Below, piece by piece: positions 50,370 through 60,467 of a stretch of DNA of 64,000 nucleotides; the first letter of the stretch is position 1, and each line of letters begins with the position of its first letter. The notes beneath the pieces are model-generated. The model worked only from the letters and a program-made list of their open reading frames with translations. It ran no database searches and was not told the origin of the DNA. This DNA comes from Parcubacteria group bacterium LiPW_41 (GTDB lineage Bacteria; Patescibacteriota; Minisyncoccia; UBA6257; GWB1-50-10). The stretch spans positions 39,462-103,461 of the forward strand of contig VMEM01000001.1 of NCBI GenBank assembly GCA_007375535.1. The letters are read 5' to 3'. Made by a program: the position numbers and the translations under genes.

Positions 50370-51071
50370 ATGGAAGAAATTACTACAAAATCCATATCGG
50401 CACTTCTCACTGATGCAATGCGGATAAAAAATATGTCAGTGGAAAAACTTTCGCAAGTAACAGGAATCTCAGACAGATTTCTCGGACTACTTTTAGAAGA
50501 ACGTTTTAACAAACTTCCATCAACACCATATGTACGTGGCTATGTGCTAAAGATTGGAGAGGTTCTTTCTATTGATGGAAATGAGCTCTGGGAAATAATA
50601 AAATCACACCACACACAAACCGTTGCAAAATCAGGAGAAAAAGACATACTTCCAAAAAACAGATTTAAGGTTGAAGCATTAAATATAAAAATAATTATTG
50701 GGGGAGTCATTGGAATTATCTTTTTCATATTTTTATTATTCAGAATCCCTGCACTACTTGGAAAACCAAAATTCGAACTCTATGACATTCAAGATGGAAT
50801 GAAGGTGACAACGTCAACGCTGTCAATTCGTGGTACAATAAATCCGTCGGATGAATTATTTATCAACGACGAACAAATCGTCGCCAATGAAAAAGGAGAT
50901 TTTGAAAAAACAATTGAATTAACTCCAGACTTCAACACACTTCATTTCACGGTAAAAGGACTTCTCGGAAAAGAACTACAAGAAACAAAACAAATTTTCT
51001 ACGAGGCTCCAAAAGTTGAAGCAAAGAAAAAAGTAAATGAATCATCAACCGAACCAATAAATATCGAATAA
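50370..51071 (+). CDS. RodZ-like HTH membrane protein
   Basis: HTH with LP..PYVRGY; one TM helix; Ig-like C-terminus. Confidence 0.7.
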   Translation: MEEITTKSISALLTDAMRIKNMSVEKLSQVTGISDRFLGLLLEERFNKLPSTPYVRGYVLKIGEVLSIDGNELWEIIKSHHTQTVAKSGEKDILPKNRFKVEALNIKIIIGGVIGIIFFIFLLFRIPALLGKPKFELYDIQDGMKVTTSTLSIRGTINPSDELFINDEQIVANEKGDFEKTIELTPDFNTLHFTVKGLLGKELQETKQIFYEAPKVEAKKKVNESSTEPINIE

Positions 51072-51075
51072 AATT

Positions 51076-52107
51076 ATGCCAGCAAAAAAACAAAAAGAAG
51101 AGGGAACAAAAGATTTAGAGTCGTTAATGGAGGCTCTCCAATCACGTTTTGGAGAAGGATCTATAATGACACTCGGCGAAGCAGGAGGATTAAAAAAAGT
51201 TGAAGCAATTTCTACGGGATCATTTTCACTTGATCTTGCACTTGGAGTTGGTGGCTTTCCAAAAGGAAGAGTAATCGAAATATTTGGTCCAGAAAGTTCT
51301 GGAAAGACAACACTTGCGCTTCACGTAGTTGCAGAGGCACAAAAGGCAGGAGGAAAAACTGCATATATCGACGCAGAACACGCACTCGATCCAGTATATG
51401 CATCAAAGATTGGAGTAAAAATAAAAGAACTTCTCATATCACAACCAGATAATGGAGAAGAAGCACTAAATATTTTGGAGAGTTTGGTGCGCTCAAACAT
51501 TATTGATGTGGTTGTTGTCGATTCGGTTGCGGCACTCACCCCACGAGCAGAGATTGAAGGAGAGATGGGGGATTCGCACATGGGACTTCAAGCACGTTTA
51601 ATGTCTCAAGCGCTCCGCAAACTTACCGCAATTGCAGCGAAATCAAACACAATTGTTATATTCATAAATCAAACTCGAATGAAGATTGGGTTGGTATTTG
51701 GAAACCCAGAGACAACCCCTGGAGGAATGGCATTAAAATTCTACGCATCGGTTCGTATTGATATTCGAAGAATTGCACAGGTGAAGAAAGGGGATGCGGT
51801 TGTAGGAAATCGAACAAAAGCAAAGGTAGTAAAAAATAAAGTTGCACCACCATTTCGAGTTGCAGAATTCGATATTATGTATGGCGAGGGAATTTCATAC
51901 GAAGCAGACGTTCTAACGACAGCAGTAAAATATGATGTCGTAAAAAAGAATGGTGCAAGTTATAGTTTTGAAAATGAAAAACTTGGAGTGGGATTTGATA
52001 ATATCCGAGAGAAACTAAAGGCTGACAAAAAATTACTTAAAGCAATCGAAAAAAGAACAACAGAAGTTGCAGAAAAAAAAGGAGTAGTAGTAGAAACAGA
52101 AGAATAA
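51076..52107 (+). CDS. recA: Recombinase RecA
   Basis: [37 protein letters not shown]. Confidence 0.99.
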   Translation: MPAKKQKEEGTKDLESLMEALQSRFGEGSIMTLGEAGGLKKVEAISTGSFSLDLALGVGGFPKGRVIEIFGPESSGKTTLALHVVAEAQKAGGKTAYIDAEHALDPVYASKIGVKIKELLISQPDNGEEALNILESLVRSNIIDVVVVDSVAALTPRAEIEGEMGDSHMGLQARLMSQALRKLTAIAAKSNTIVIFINQTRMKIGLVFGNPETTPGGMALKFYASVRIDIRRIAQVKKGDAVVGNRTKAKVVKNKVAPPFRVAEFDIMYGEGISYEADVLTTAVKYDVVKKNGASYSFENEKLGVGFDNIREKLKADKKLLKAIEKRTTEVAEKKGVVVETEE

Positions 52108-52168
52108 ATAAAAAAGTCCCCGCTATTCGCGGGGGTTTTGCTAAAATAATGATTAATCTTTTTATTTC

Positions 52169-52495
52169 CTATAATTTGTATTTTGGTTTGTGTTGAATAA
52201 AAATTCCAAAAATAAACTCGAAAGAATCTCGTGTAAATTGTTGTTTTTCTATCTTCCAACTAACAACCTCAAGTTTTGGATTGCATTCCTCAAAATTTTT
52301 TATAATCCAGAGAATCGTCAAAGCTTTATTACCTGGATTATCTTTCAAACCCAATTTGATATAGGTATTATTTCCAACCGTCGTCGCGTTAGCAACACGC
52401 TGTTTCACAAAATCACTTTGTGCTTTTGAATCTTTTGGAAAAATTACCAAAAAGAAAGTAACCAACAACACGATAAACAAACCAATCTTTTTCAC
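52169..52495 (-). CDS. Secreted hypothetical protein (orphan cassette)
   Basis: AAGGAG SD; signal peptide. Confidence 0.6.
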   Translation of the reverse strand: MKKIGLFIVLLVTFFLVIFPKDSKAQSDFVKQRVANATTVGNNTYIKLGLKDNPGNKALTILWIIKNFEECNPKLEVVSWKIEKQQFTRDSFEFIFGIFIQHKPKYKL

Positions 52496-52540
52496 TTCTA
52501 CTCCTTATTTAGTTAATTAAAGAATAAATAATTTATAGAA

Positions 52541-53359
52541 CTAAATGACATTTTCGTCAACATTATTACATTTATAAAAGTTTTCAAATAATTTTGCCAC
52601 AAGTATTGGTCCGGTTCCCCCTGGGGTCGGCGTATAGAAAAAATTATCCGTTGTTGGTTTGAGTAGATCTCCACATAATTTCCCGTCGATAAACGAACAT
52701 CCAAAATCAATAACGAGCACACCGTTTTTTATCATTCCCTCATTCACAATATTTGGAACACCAGTTCCGAGTATAACTACGTCAGCATCTTTTATCTTTG
52801 ATAAATCATCTCCTTTGTCGAGAATTACCAATTGTTTTCCTTGCAATCGTAAATAATCAGAAATTGGCTTTCCCACTAAAAAACCGTTTCCCACAACCAC
52901 AAATGTTTCATGTGAAACATTTCCAAGAACCTGGTAGTGCGATAAAACCTCACAAAACGTGGATACTGACGGCGGAAGAATCCTCTGATCAGTTAAGAAC
53001 TGCCCATATGCAGACTCCGACAATACATCTAGATCCTTCTCTTTTGGCATAGAGTTTACTATTCGCCTTCTATCCAAATGAGAGGGAAGTGGAAGCTGAA
53101 CAATCAAGCCACCACACGTTTTTCCATGTCCAATTATTCCAATTTTTTTTCTTAATTCATCAACTTCTATCGATTCAGCAAATTGATAGGCTCGAAAATC
53201 AATATTAAGAACTTCTGCTATTTTCCTTTTCTGCTCCACAAATTTCTTTGATGCAGCATTCTCTCCAACAATAATAACCCCAAGGAATCTCTTTGGTGTT
53301 GGATGCTTTACTAATCTATCAATAATTTCTTTTGCAATTTTTCTTCCGTCTATAATCAC
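52541..53359 (-). CDS. folD: Methylenetetrahydrofolate dehydrogenase/cyclohydrolase
   Basis: IIDGRKIA; IVQLPLP; VGKP; TPTPGGTGP. Confidence 0.92.
   Translation of the reverse strand: MIIDGRKIAKEIIDRLVKHPTPKRFLGVIIVGENAASKKFVEQKRKIAEVLNIDFRAYQFAESIEVDELRKKIGIIGHGKTCGGLIVQLPLPSHLDRRRIVNSMPKEKDLDVLSESAYGQFLTDQRILPPSVSTFCEVLSHYQVLGNVSHETFVVVGNGFLVGKPISDYLRLQGKQLVILDKGDDLSKIKDADVVILGTGVPNIVNEGMIKNGVLVIDFGCSFIDGKLCGDLLKPTTDNFFYTPTPGGTGPILVAKLFENFYKCNNVDENVI
52904..52919. promoter_or_regulatory. parS: parS-like site inside folD (1 mismatch)
   Basis: TGTTTCATGTGAAACA flanked by AAA/TTT. Confidence 0.75.
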
Positions 53360-53404
53360 CCGGTTATAGTATCGTTTAATAAAAAACTCCGCAAATGCGG
53401 AGTG

Positions 53405-53776
53405 TTAAACACATAAATTAATCCCACAAATCTTTGCAGATTTTTCAATTTTTTCTCTCTCAAGCGCAACACCCAAACCGGTAATCGCGTATGCTTGTCG
53501 AATTCTACCCTCATTCAAACCAAGATTTAAATAGCGTAAGTGCTTCTCTTGAGTGTTCTTTTTATTTTCAATATAGAGAGAAAATAATCTAAAGACTTTT
53601 TTTATGTCCTGATCAAAAGTTTCACTATTTGTTTCTTTATCAAGATATTTATAGATAATTTTATCCAACTTTTTTTTGTGGTGTGCCTTCCGCGCTTCTT
53701 TAAAATCAAAAAGAACAACAAACCAACACAAAAAAACAAACACCGACGAAATGATGTTAGTTAAACTAAATCTCAT
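53405..53776 (-). CDS. Membrane-anchored hypothetical protein (orphan cassette)
   Basis: TTGCAA-17-TATAAT promoter; GAGG SD. Confidence 0.55.
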   Translation of the reverse strand: MRFSLTNIISSVFVFLCWFVVLFDFKEARKAHHKKKLDKIIYKYLDKETNSETFDQDIKKVFRLFSLYIENKKNTQEKHLRYLNLGLNEGRIRQAYAITGLGVALEREKIEKSAKICGINLCV

Positions 53777-53845
53777 ACAAACCTCATATTTATTAATATT
53801 AATGTATGAAAATATTATACCGCTATTTTATTGTGTTTGCAAGTC

Positions 53846-53944
53846 CTATACAAAAAGGAGGGGGACATACGTCATTATGAGTCCCAATATAAGAAGTGAA
53901 ACGAAAACAATAACCACTACTCTGTGCTTTTTTGCGTTAAACAT
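53846..53944 (-). CDS. Putative 32-aa single-TM peptide
   Basis: MFNAKKHRVVVIVFVSLLILGLIMTYVPLLFV*. Confidence 0.45.
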   Translation of the reverse strand: MFNAKKHRVVVIVFVSLLILGLIMTYVPLLFV

Positions 53945-53968
53945 ATTTTCTTAATTATAAAATATTTT

Positions 53969-54541
53969 TTAAAACAGTTGTGCTGGTGGGGGAGTTGGCT
54001 CTACAAAATCATTAAACTCAAGTCTTGTCATTTGCGGTTTAAATTTTTCTGGAATCCAAAGATATTTTTGATCTTTCATTTGATCATATACCATCTTTGT
54101 TACTCGAACATCTTGAGTACAATAATCTTTTAGTTTTTGCATTTCTCCATTTCGATAAAAATCGATTGCATCAAGCCCGTGCGCGCTCTTTCCTACCCCA
54201 ACATTTGCTTCTGCGAGCACTCCCAATCCGATACGTCGTCCAAGACGCTTCTCAATCTCCTCAAGAATATCAACGTGTTGAATTGCTGCAATATTAAACG
54301 AGTAATATTTTTCAAGGACCGGAATATCAAACTTCTTACTATAAAACCCAATCAACATATATGCATTTTGAAAATACTTTCCCGCCTTATCAAACTCTGT
54401 CTCATCAAAACAATAATATGCATCCTCATTATAGGAGTAGAGCCCAATGACAGACGTTTCAAGTTTCTTTATATTTTCTTGACCACCAACATCGGCAAAT
54501 GTGTTTTTTGTCTCAATATCAAATACAATTTTATCTCTCAT
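53969..54541 (-). CDS. RNase H-like (YprB/DEDD) exonuclease-domain protein
   Basis: VFDIET; FDIPVL; YCTQDV. Confidence 0.85.
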   Translation of the reverse strand: MRDKIVFDIETKNTFADVGGQENIKKLETSVIGLYSYNEDAYYCFDETEFDKAGKYFQNAYMLIGFYSKKFDIPVLEKYYSFNIAAIQHVDILEEIEKRLGRRIGLGVLAEANVGVGKSAHGLDAIDFYRNGEMQKLKDYCTQDVRVTKMVYDQMKDQKYLWIPEKFKPQMTRLEFNDFVEPTPPPAQLF

Positions 54542-54567
54542 TTTGGTTATAAGTCCCCATTATACAG

Positions 54568-55062
54568 TTAGGTATACATGTCGGCAACATGTGAGGCGGC
54601 AAAGCTTTCTGGTTTTGTTTTAACCTCATAATTCGACGCCCGAATCATTCCGACAATCTCTTGAATTAAAACGTTCGTTGGACCGTTTACTCCAACATCT
54701 GCATGAATTTCAAATGTCCATTTTGGTATTGGAAATGTATGTTCTGTTTTTTCAATCTCCTTCAAAAGTGTTTCTGCGATTTCAAGTGACAACAAAACTT
54801 CTCGGATAATTCTATCTCGTAATGTATAAAATTTTCCCAACTCAGTTCTTCTCCAAAAATATCTTCCGCCATTACCCACACGGTGCACAACGATCGCTGT
54901 CACAAAATCCGCCATTTTATTGTGAAACCCCATTGAATCAGTTCCAATAATTATCTTATATTCTTTTCTAGTGTCCTCACGCATATATCTCAAAATCTCT
55001 CGTACTACTGACGAGATATCAAATTCAACACCTATTGAACTTCGAAATAATAATGGCGACAT
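54568..55062 (-). CDS. RNase H-like YkuK (DUF458) family protein
   Basis: IIGTDS; EIHADVG; KPESFAAS.VAD. Confidence 0.85.
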   Translation of the reverse strand: MSPLLFRSSIGVEFDISSVVREILRYMREDTRKEYKIIIGTDSMGFHNKMADFVTAIVVHRVGNGGRYFWRRTELGKFYTLRDRIIREVLLSLEIAETLLKEIEKTEHTFPIPKWTFEIHADVGVNGPTNVLIQEIVGMIRASNYEVKTKPESFAASHVADMYT

Positions 55063-55108
55063 AGTTCCAACCTAACCCTGAAGGCATAATATGTCAATTT
55101 TTCATTCA

Positions 55109-55163
55109 TAAATACATATTCCACACAGACTTAGGGATTTAGTCTGCGTGGAATATGTATTTA
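55109..55163. repeat. 23-bp inverted repeat (22/23) with a 9-nt loop
   Basis: TAAATACATATTCCACACAGACT / AGTCTGCGTGGAATATGTATTTA. Confidence 0.85.
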
Positions 55164-55249
55164 CTCATTTTTACGGTAGATAGAAAAAAATCTTGAGTTT
55201 TCTTTGACTCTAGTGTACAACCAATACAGAACATAAAAATGGAGGAAAA

Positions 55250-55609
55250 GTGAATTTTTTTGATAATGACGAAAACGAGGTGATATTAAAGACGGGAGAT
55301 TTTGTTGCTTTTTATTTCAAACCTGACGAATATCTTGCGGCAGCAATTCAAACCGCAGAGAAAAAGATGTTGAATTTTTTTGAAAATTCAAAAAAACAGG
55401 AATATTTCTTTTTTAATCTACCAATTTCACTTGAAGAAGGTAAAAGGGTAATTGAAAAGAGAATCGGATTTACACTTGATTCACTCGAAGGCGAGGAGAA
55501 AAAACACAAAGAAAACAATCTTGCGCAATTTGCTTATATATTCATCCCCGCAAAGAATAAAGGAAAAAATATTATCACCACCGTATTCAAAATTGGAAAC
55601 CCCGTATAA
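55250..55609 (+). CDS. Hypothetical protein (orphan cassette)
   Basis: GGAGG SD; terminator overlapping the stop codon. Confidence 0.55.
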   Translation: MNFFDNDENEVILKTGDFVAFYFKPDEYLAAAIQTAEKKMLNFFENSKKQEYFFFNLPISLEEGKRVIEKRIGFTLDSLEGEEKKHKENNLAQFAYIFIPAKNKGKNIITTVFKIGNPV

Positions 55610-55670
55610 TTCGGGGTTTTTTCTTGAGTTTTTTTAGATATCTGATATGCTTGTTGTAGAAGTTTTGGAA

Positions 55671-55743
55671 GGGCCAGTAGCTTAGTGGCTAAAGCACCGA
55701 GCTTATACCTCGGCGACCGAAGGTTCGAGTCCTTCCTGGCCCA
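55671..55743 (+). tRNA. tRNA-Ile(TAT)
   Basis: CCGAG-CT-TAT-AC-CTCGG; GGGCC acceptor; A73. Confidence 0.9.
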
Positions 55744-55769
55744 CAGAACGGGCATTACAAACAAAATAT

Positions 55770-55841
55770 GGGCGTTTAGCTTAGTGGTAGAGCGTCTCGT
55801 TTACACCGAGAAGGTCGGGGGTTCAATCCCCTCAACGCCCA
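55770..55841 (+). tRNA. tRNA-Val(TAC)
   Basis: TCTCG-TT-TAC-AC-CGAGA. Confidence 0.95.
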
Positions 55842-56051
55842 CACAATAAAACATCATATTTCTCAATATGATGTTTTTGTATGAGGGGATTGAACAAGAA
55901 GGGGTGTTGGGGAAACGTTTGTTTCCCCATGGAGGAAGTATTGAAACCGAGTGGTTTCAAAGCGCAGTCTCGCCCGCAAGACGAGCAGTGAAATTTCCCC
56001 TCAACGCCCACACAAAAACAAAAACATCCTTTTCTAGGATGTTTTTGTTTT
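55842..56051 (+). repeat. tRNA-Val(TAC) trailer element (subfamily A)
   Basis: 14-nt exact anti-T-arm 55882-55895; 55996-56015 is identical to 55827-55846; second hairpin extends to 56051. Confidence 0.92.
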
Positions 56052-57899
56052 CTATTTTGCAGTTACTGAATCAGCAGATACCCCCAAATCTTTAAGTAGT
56101 TTATAAAACTCTTCTTGTTCGAGTGTTTCTTTTTCAATAAGTGCCGCTGCAACCCCATCAAGTGCCTTGCGGTATGTGGTCATTATTTTCTTTGCAGTTT
56201 GAAGTCCTTTCTGAATATATTCATTGATCTCTCCATCAATCGTCGTCCCAACCGTTTCAGAATAATCTTTATCATTTCCAAATCCACGTCCCAAGAACGT
56301 CATCTCTTGTCCCTTTCCGTATGCACGTGGACCAAGCTTCTCACTCATTCCATACTTCGTTACCAATAACTCAGCCATATCAGTTGCTTGTTGAATATCA
56401 CTCGATGAACCAGTAGTAATATCTTTAAATACTGCTTGTTCTGCCGCATATCCTCCCAACGAAACTGCAATATCTCCAACAAAATCTGATTTTGTTCTTA
56501 ATCGTTTTTCTTCCATTGGAAGTTTTAATGTGTATCCTCCCGCCATTCCGCGACTTACCACTGAAACCTTGTGCACTGGATCCGAATTTTTAATAATTGC
56601 AGCGACAATTGCATGACCAGCTTCGTGATATGCAGTTACCTGTTTTTCATGATCATTAATAATTCGATTCTTTCGAGCTGGACCAAGTAACACTTTTTCT
56701 ATTGAGTCTAATAAATCTTCTTGTTCAATAAACTTACGATTGTTTCGTGCCGCAAGAATTGCTGCCTCATTCATCAAGTTTGCTAACTCAGCCCCTGCAA
56801 ATCCTGGAGTTCTGAGCGCCACCATATGGAGATCTGCCTTTTTTGAAAGTGGTTTCCCTTTTGCATGAATATTTAAAATTTCTTCTCTATCTTTTATATC
56901 AGGCATATCAAGCATCACACGTCTATCAAAACGTCCTGGACGGAGAAGTGCTTGATCAAGTACATCTGGTCTATTTGTTGCCGCAACAACAATCACGCTT
57001 GTATCTCTTTCAAATCCATCCATCTCTACAAGAATCTGGTTGAGTGTTTGTTCACGTTCGTCGTGTCCACCACCCATCCCTGTTCCACGCTCGCGACCCA
57101 CCGCATCAATTTCATCAATAAAAATAATTGCTGGCGCAGATTTTTTTGCAACTTGAAACAAGTCACGAACACGAGACGCTCCAACACCAACAAACATTTC
57201 AACAAACTCGGATGCGGAAATGTGAAAAAATGGAACATCAGATTCTCCCGCAACTGCACGAGCAAGCATTGTCTTTCCTGTTCCGGGAGAACCCATAAGC
57301 AACACACCGCGAGGAATTTTTGCTCCCATTGCATGAAACTTTTTTGGATTCTTCAAAAACTCAACAACTTCCCATAGTTCTTCTTTTGCTTCCTTAAGAC
57401 CGGCAACATCTTTAAAGAGAATCCTATCTTTTAGAGGGGAGAATAAACGAATATTTACTCTACCAAATGAAAACGCTTGGTTTGCTCCTCCTTTTGCTTG
57501 ACGAAGCATCCACCACAAGATGAGCCCCATAATAACAAGAGGAATAAGTGTTGGAAGAAGGACCCCCATCCAATATTTTGACCCTCCCTGATCTTCAATT
57601 TTTATTTCAATTTTTCCTAATGTGCTTGAAGTTATTCCATAACTTGAAAGCGTTTCCAATAATCCAACTCCTTGTTCTTTTTTTGATTCAGTTTTTGTTC
57701 CATCGTTTAGCTCTAAAGAGAGATTGCTTTCTTGTACAACGATTGCTTTTACTTCATTGTTCGATATTTTTTTTGCAACATCGCTGATGCTTATTTCTTT
57801 TGGTCCGTTTGATTGTGTGTCGATAATCGCACCAAATAGAAGTGCTGTAATTATGAGAAAAATGACCGCATAAATAATATTTTTTCCAAGTGATTTCAT
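56052..57899 (-). CDS. ftsH: ATP-dependent zinc metalloprotease FtsH
   Basis: 2 TM helices; GSPGTGKT; DEIDAVGR; RPGRFDR; HEAGH. Confidence 0.98.
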   Translation of the reverse strand: MKSLGKNIIYAVIFLIITALLFGAIIDTQSNGPKEISISDVAKKISNNEVKAIVVQESNLSLELNDGTKTESKKEQGVGLLETLSSYGITSSTLGKIEIKIEDQGGSKYWMGVLLPTLIPLVIMGLILWWMLRQAKGGANQAFSFGRVNIRLFSPLKDRILFKDVAGLKEAKEELWEVVEFLKNPKKFHAMGAKIPRGVLLMGSPGTGKTMLARAVAGESDVPFFHISASEFVEMFVGVGASRVRDLFQVAKKSAPAIIFIDEIDAVGRERGTGMGGGHDEREQTLNQILVEMDGFERDTSVIVVAATNRPDVLDQALLRPGRFDRRVMLDMPDIKDREEILNIHAKGKPLSKKADLHMVALRTPGFAGAELANLMNEAAILAARNNRKFIEQEDLLDSIEKVLLGPARKNRIINDHEKQVTAYHEAGHAIVAAIIKNSDPVHKVSVVSRGMAGGYTLKLPMEEKRLRTKSDFVGDIAVSLGGYAAEQAVFKDITTGSSSDIQQATDMAELLVTKYGMSEKLGPRAYGKGQEMTFLGRGFGNDKDYSETVGTTIDGEINEYIQKGLQTAKKIMTTYRKALDGVAAALIEKETLEQEEFYKLLKDLGVSADSVTAK

Positions 57900-57968
57900 A
57901 ATGATAATACGCAATTTACTATACCTGAAAATACAAAAAAAGAAACTCCGCCAAAAAGGCGGAGAGAA

Positions 57969-58568
57969 TTAATTTGTTTTATTTTTTACACCAAGACAAT
58001 ATAGAGGGGTTGGCGATCCATACACTCCATGATCATGAATTGAAAGATACGTTTTTTTATCTTTACAGAAAGTTGCCATAGGAGAAATTATTCCTTCTTT
58101 CTTATCTGGTTTAGCAAAAGAACCTTTTGCAACAACTTCAATATCGTTACCTTGAAAACATTTTTCAAAAACAAGGTGAAGTAATTCACACCCTGTTCCA
58201 TGTCGGTATCCTAAAGATTCCATTTCTCTTTTCATTTTAGACTCTCTCGAATTAAGTCCTTCAGAGAGAAGAAATAAACGAACTTGATACTTTTTAAGTC
58301 CATCACTTTTATGAGGAAAATATCCTATTTCTTCCTGATCTAATGAATGATAGACAAACTTCGAATCTTTTGCTCTTCCAACAAGTTCTTCAAATGTTCC
58401 TTGTTGAGAATTTACAAGCGCATTGATCCACGCCTCTTGTTCCATCGTCTCCCAAAATTTATCTCGTTGCCACGGTTCATACGCAATGAGTGTTGGTATA
58501 ACAATCGAACTCACAAAACTTGATACCTGTTTCGCTTTTTCTTTTTTCGATCGATCAGCCATAAACAT
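57969..58568 (-). CDS. Hypothetical protein (orphan cassette)
   Basis: GGAG SD and terminator. Confidence 0.6.
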   Translation of the reverse strand: MFMADRSKKEKAKQVSSFVSSIVIPTLIAYEPWQRDKFWETMEQEAWINALVNSQQGTFEELVGRAKDSKFVYHSLDQEEIGYFPHKSDGLKKYQVRLFLLSEGLNSRESKMKREMESLGYRHGTGCELLHLVFEKCFQGNDIEVVAKGSFAKPDKKEGIISPMATFCKDKKTYLSIHDHGVYGSPTPLYCLGVKNKTN

Positions 58569-58670
58569 TCTCCAATTATTTTTAATGAATATATTTGTTG
58601 TATCGCATTATAACAATAAACACAAGAAAAACCCCGCTAGTCCATGGACTAGCGGGGATAATTTGAATAA

Positions 58671-59762
58671 TTATTCTTTTACTAATTTCAAATTAATTCT
58701 TTTTTCTTCTGTTTTTATACTATCAATAACAAATGTGTACTCCTTCTGAAGTGAAAGCTCTTTTTTCATCTCGTCTGCCCCTCCAAAATCAGTAACGTGT
58801 ACATATCCCTGTGTTTCCGAATCAATATTTACTACCGCACCAAATGCATTAAACAAATATACCGTACCACGAATAGTTGCCCCTTCTTTATATCGCTCTA
58901 CGCTTGTAGTCCATGGATCTTCCTTTAACACTTTTAGAGAAAGAGAAATTTTACCATCTTTAATTTCTGTAATCTTTGCCTTGATAACTTCATCAATTTT
59001 TACAATCTCTTTTGGATTTTCAACAACTCGATAATCAAGTTCTGAAACATGAATTAATCCTTCAACTGCTGGATTATCAACAAATTTTACAAAAACTCCA
59101 AAATCAGCAACACCAGAAACAATAACCTCAACGATTTGTCCCACTGAATAATTTTTTACTAACTCACGTGAAGAAACTTCTACCGCTTCTTTTTCTGAAA
59201 CAATGAGTTTTCCATTTCGTTGGTTTGCATCAATTACTTTTACAGTAATTTCTTCTCCGACGAGCTTCTGAAGTGCTGAAGCAATATCAGTTCTATCTCC
59301 AACACCAATTTTTGGATAATGATCCTGAGATAATTGAGATACTGGAAGAAATGCGCCAACTCCACGAACACTCACAATAAGTCCACCTTTGTTATAACCG
59401 GTTGGCTTTACTACAAACGACTCGTCTTTTCCTTTTAACTCATCAATTTCAAGCCATGCTTTTTGACGTCCTGCTTCAGTAAGTGAAAGTTCAACGTATC
59501 CTTCTTCATTATCAATTTCAACAACTTTTCCATTGATCACCCCACCACATTCAACAGATTTCACGAGATCGCGTGCATTTTGCAATTCACCACGATATAC
59601 AACACCAGTTCCGTTCTTTCCAAGATCAACAAGAAGACGGTTTGAACTCTTTTCTATTATTTTTCCCTCAACAAGGTCTCCAACCTTCAAAGGGGAGAAT
59701 AGCTGTGGCGCTGTTTTTACTAATTGCGCAAGCATCAGCATTCCATTCTTTACTATATTCAT
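58671..59762 (-). CDS. rpsA: S1-domain protein (ribosomal protein bS1-like)
   Basis: Four S1 repeats; FGVFV..EGLIHVSEL; KISLSLK. Confidence 0.85.
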   Translation of the reverse strand: MNIVKNGMLMLAQLVKTAPQLFSPLKVGDLVEGKIIEKSSNRLLVDLGKNGTGVVYRGELQNARDLVKSVECGGVINGKVVEIDNEEGYVELSLTEAGRQKAWLEIDELKGKDESFVVKPTGYNKGGLIVSVRGVGAFLPVSQLSQDHYPKIGVGDRTDIASALQKLVGEEITVKVIDANQRNGKLIVSEKEAVEVSSRELVKNYSVGQIVEVIVSGVADFGVFVKFVDNPAVEGLIHVSELDYRVVENPKEIVKIDEVIKAKITEIKDGKISLSLKVLKEDPWTTSVERYKEGATIRGTVYLFNAFGAVVNIDSETQGYVHVTDFGGADEMKKELSLQKEYTFVIDSIKTEEKRINLKLVKE

Positions 59763-59872
59763 ACCGCATTAGAATACGTGTTTTAGTAAAAAAAAGCAAT
59801 ATTCCAAAATAGAATAAACAACAAAAAAGATTAGAGACTATTCAAAAAATCATTTTTTTGACCTATACTACT

Positions 59873-60457
59873 ATGGATATGGTTATTACGCATCAAGGAG
59901 GAAACTATTTTAAGATCCAGTCTGGAGACTATACAGTGCTTATTGATCCTGAAAATCAGAGATCTTTTAAGGGGGCGCAAGTGGTAATTAATACCGTAAA
60001 ACCGACGTTCGCAGAACCACAAGAAGGCGAAGGATCTCCGGTTTGGATTGAGCACCAAGGAGAATATGAAATTGGGGGAGTGCGAATTCATGGATATTCA
60101 TGTGGATGGAACGAAAAAGCAAAATGTGAGAGTACTGCATATCATATCTTTTTTGACGATATTACTATCGCGGTGTTGGGACATCTTTATAAAGAACTTG
60201 ATCCAAAAACCGCTGGAGTGTTAACCGATGCAGATATTGCAATTGTTCCAGCAGCAGGATCGCCATTTCTTGAAATCACAAAAGTTGCAAAACTTATCAG
60301 ACAACTCGAGCCAGGAATTGTTATTCCATCGCTTACCGAAAAACCACAACCACTTCTTAAAGAACTAAATAGAGAAGCAAAAGCGGAAGAAAAACTTACT
60401 ATAAAGAAAAAAGAAATAGAACCAAAGGCCATAAAGGTTGTTTGGCTACAATCGTAA
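59873..60457 (+). CDS. Degenerate MBL-fold protein (Lactamase_B_3-like)
   Basis: I...G...FKI; VLIDP; GEYEIGGV; LEP.IVIP; no HxHxDH motif. Confidence 0.7.
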   Translation: MDMVITHQGGNYFKIQSGDYTVLIDPENQRSFKGAQVVINTVKPTFAEPQEGEGSPVWIEHQGEYEIGGVRIHGYSCGWNEKAKCESTAYHIFFDDITIAVLGHLYKELDPKTAGVLTDADIAIVPAAGSPFLEITKVAKLIRQLEPGIVIPSLTEKPQPLLKELNREAKAEEKLTIKKKEIEPKAIKVVWLQS

Positions 60458-60467
60458 TAGAAAAACT

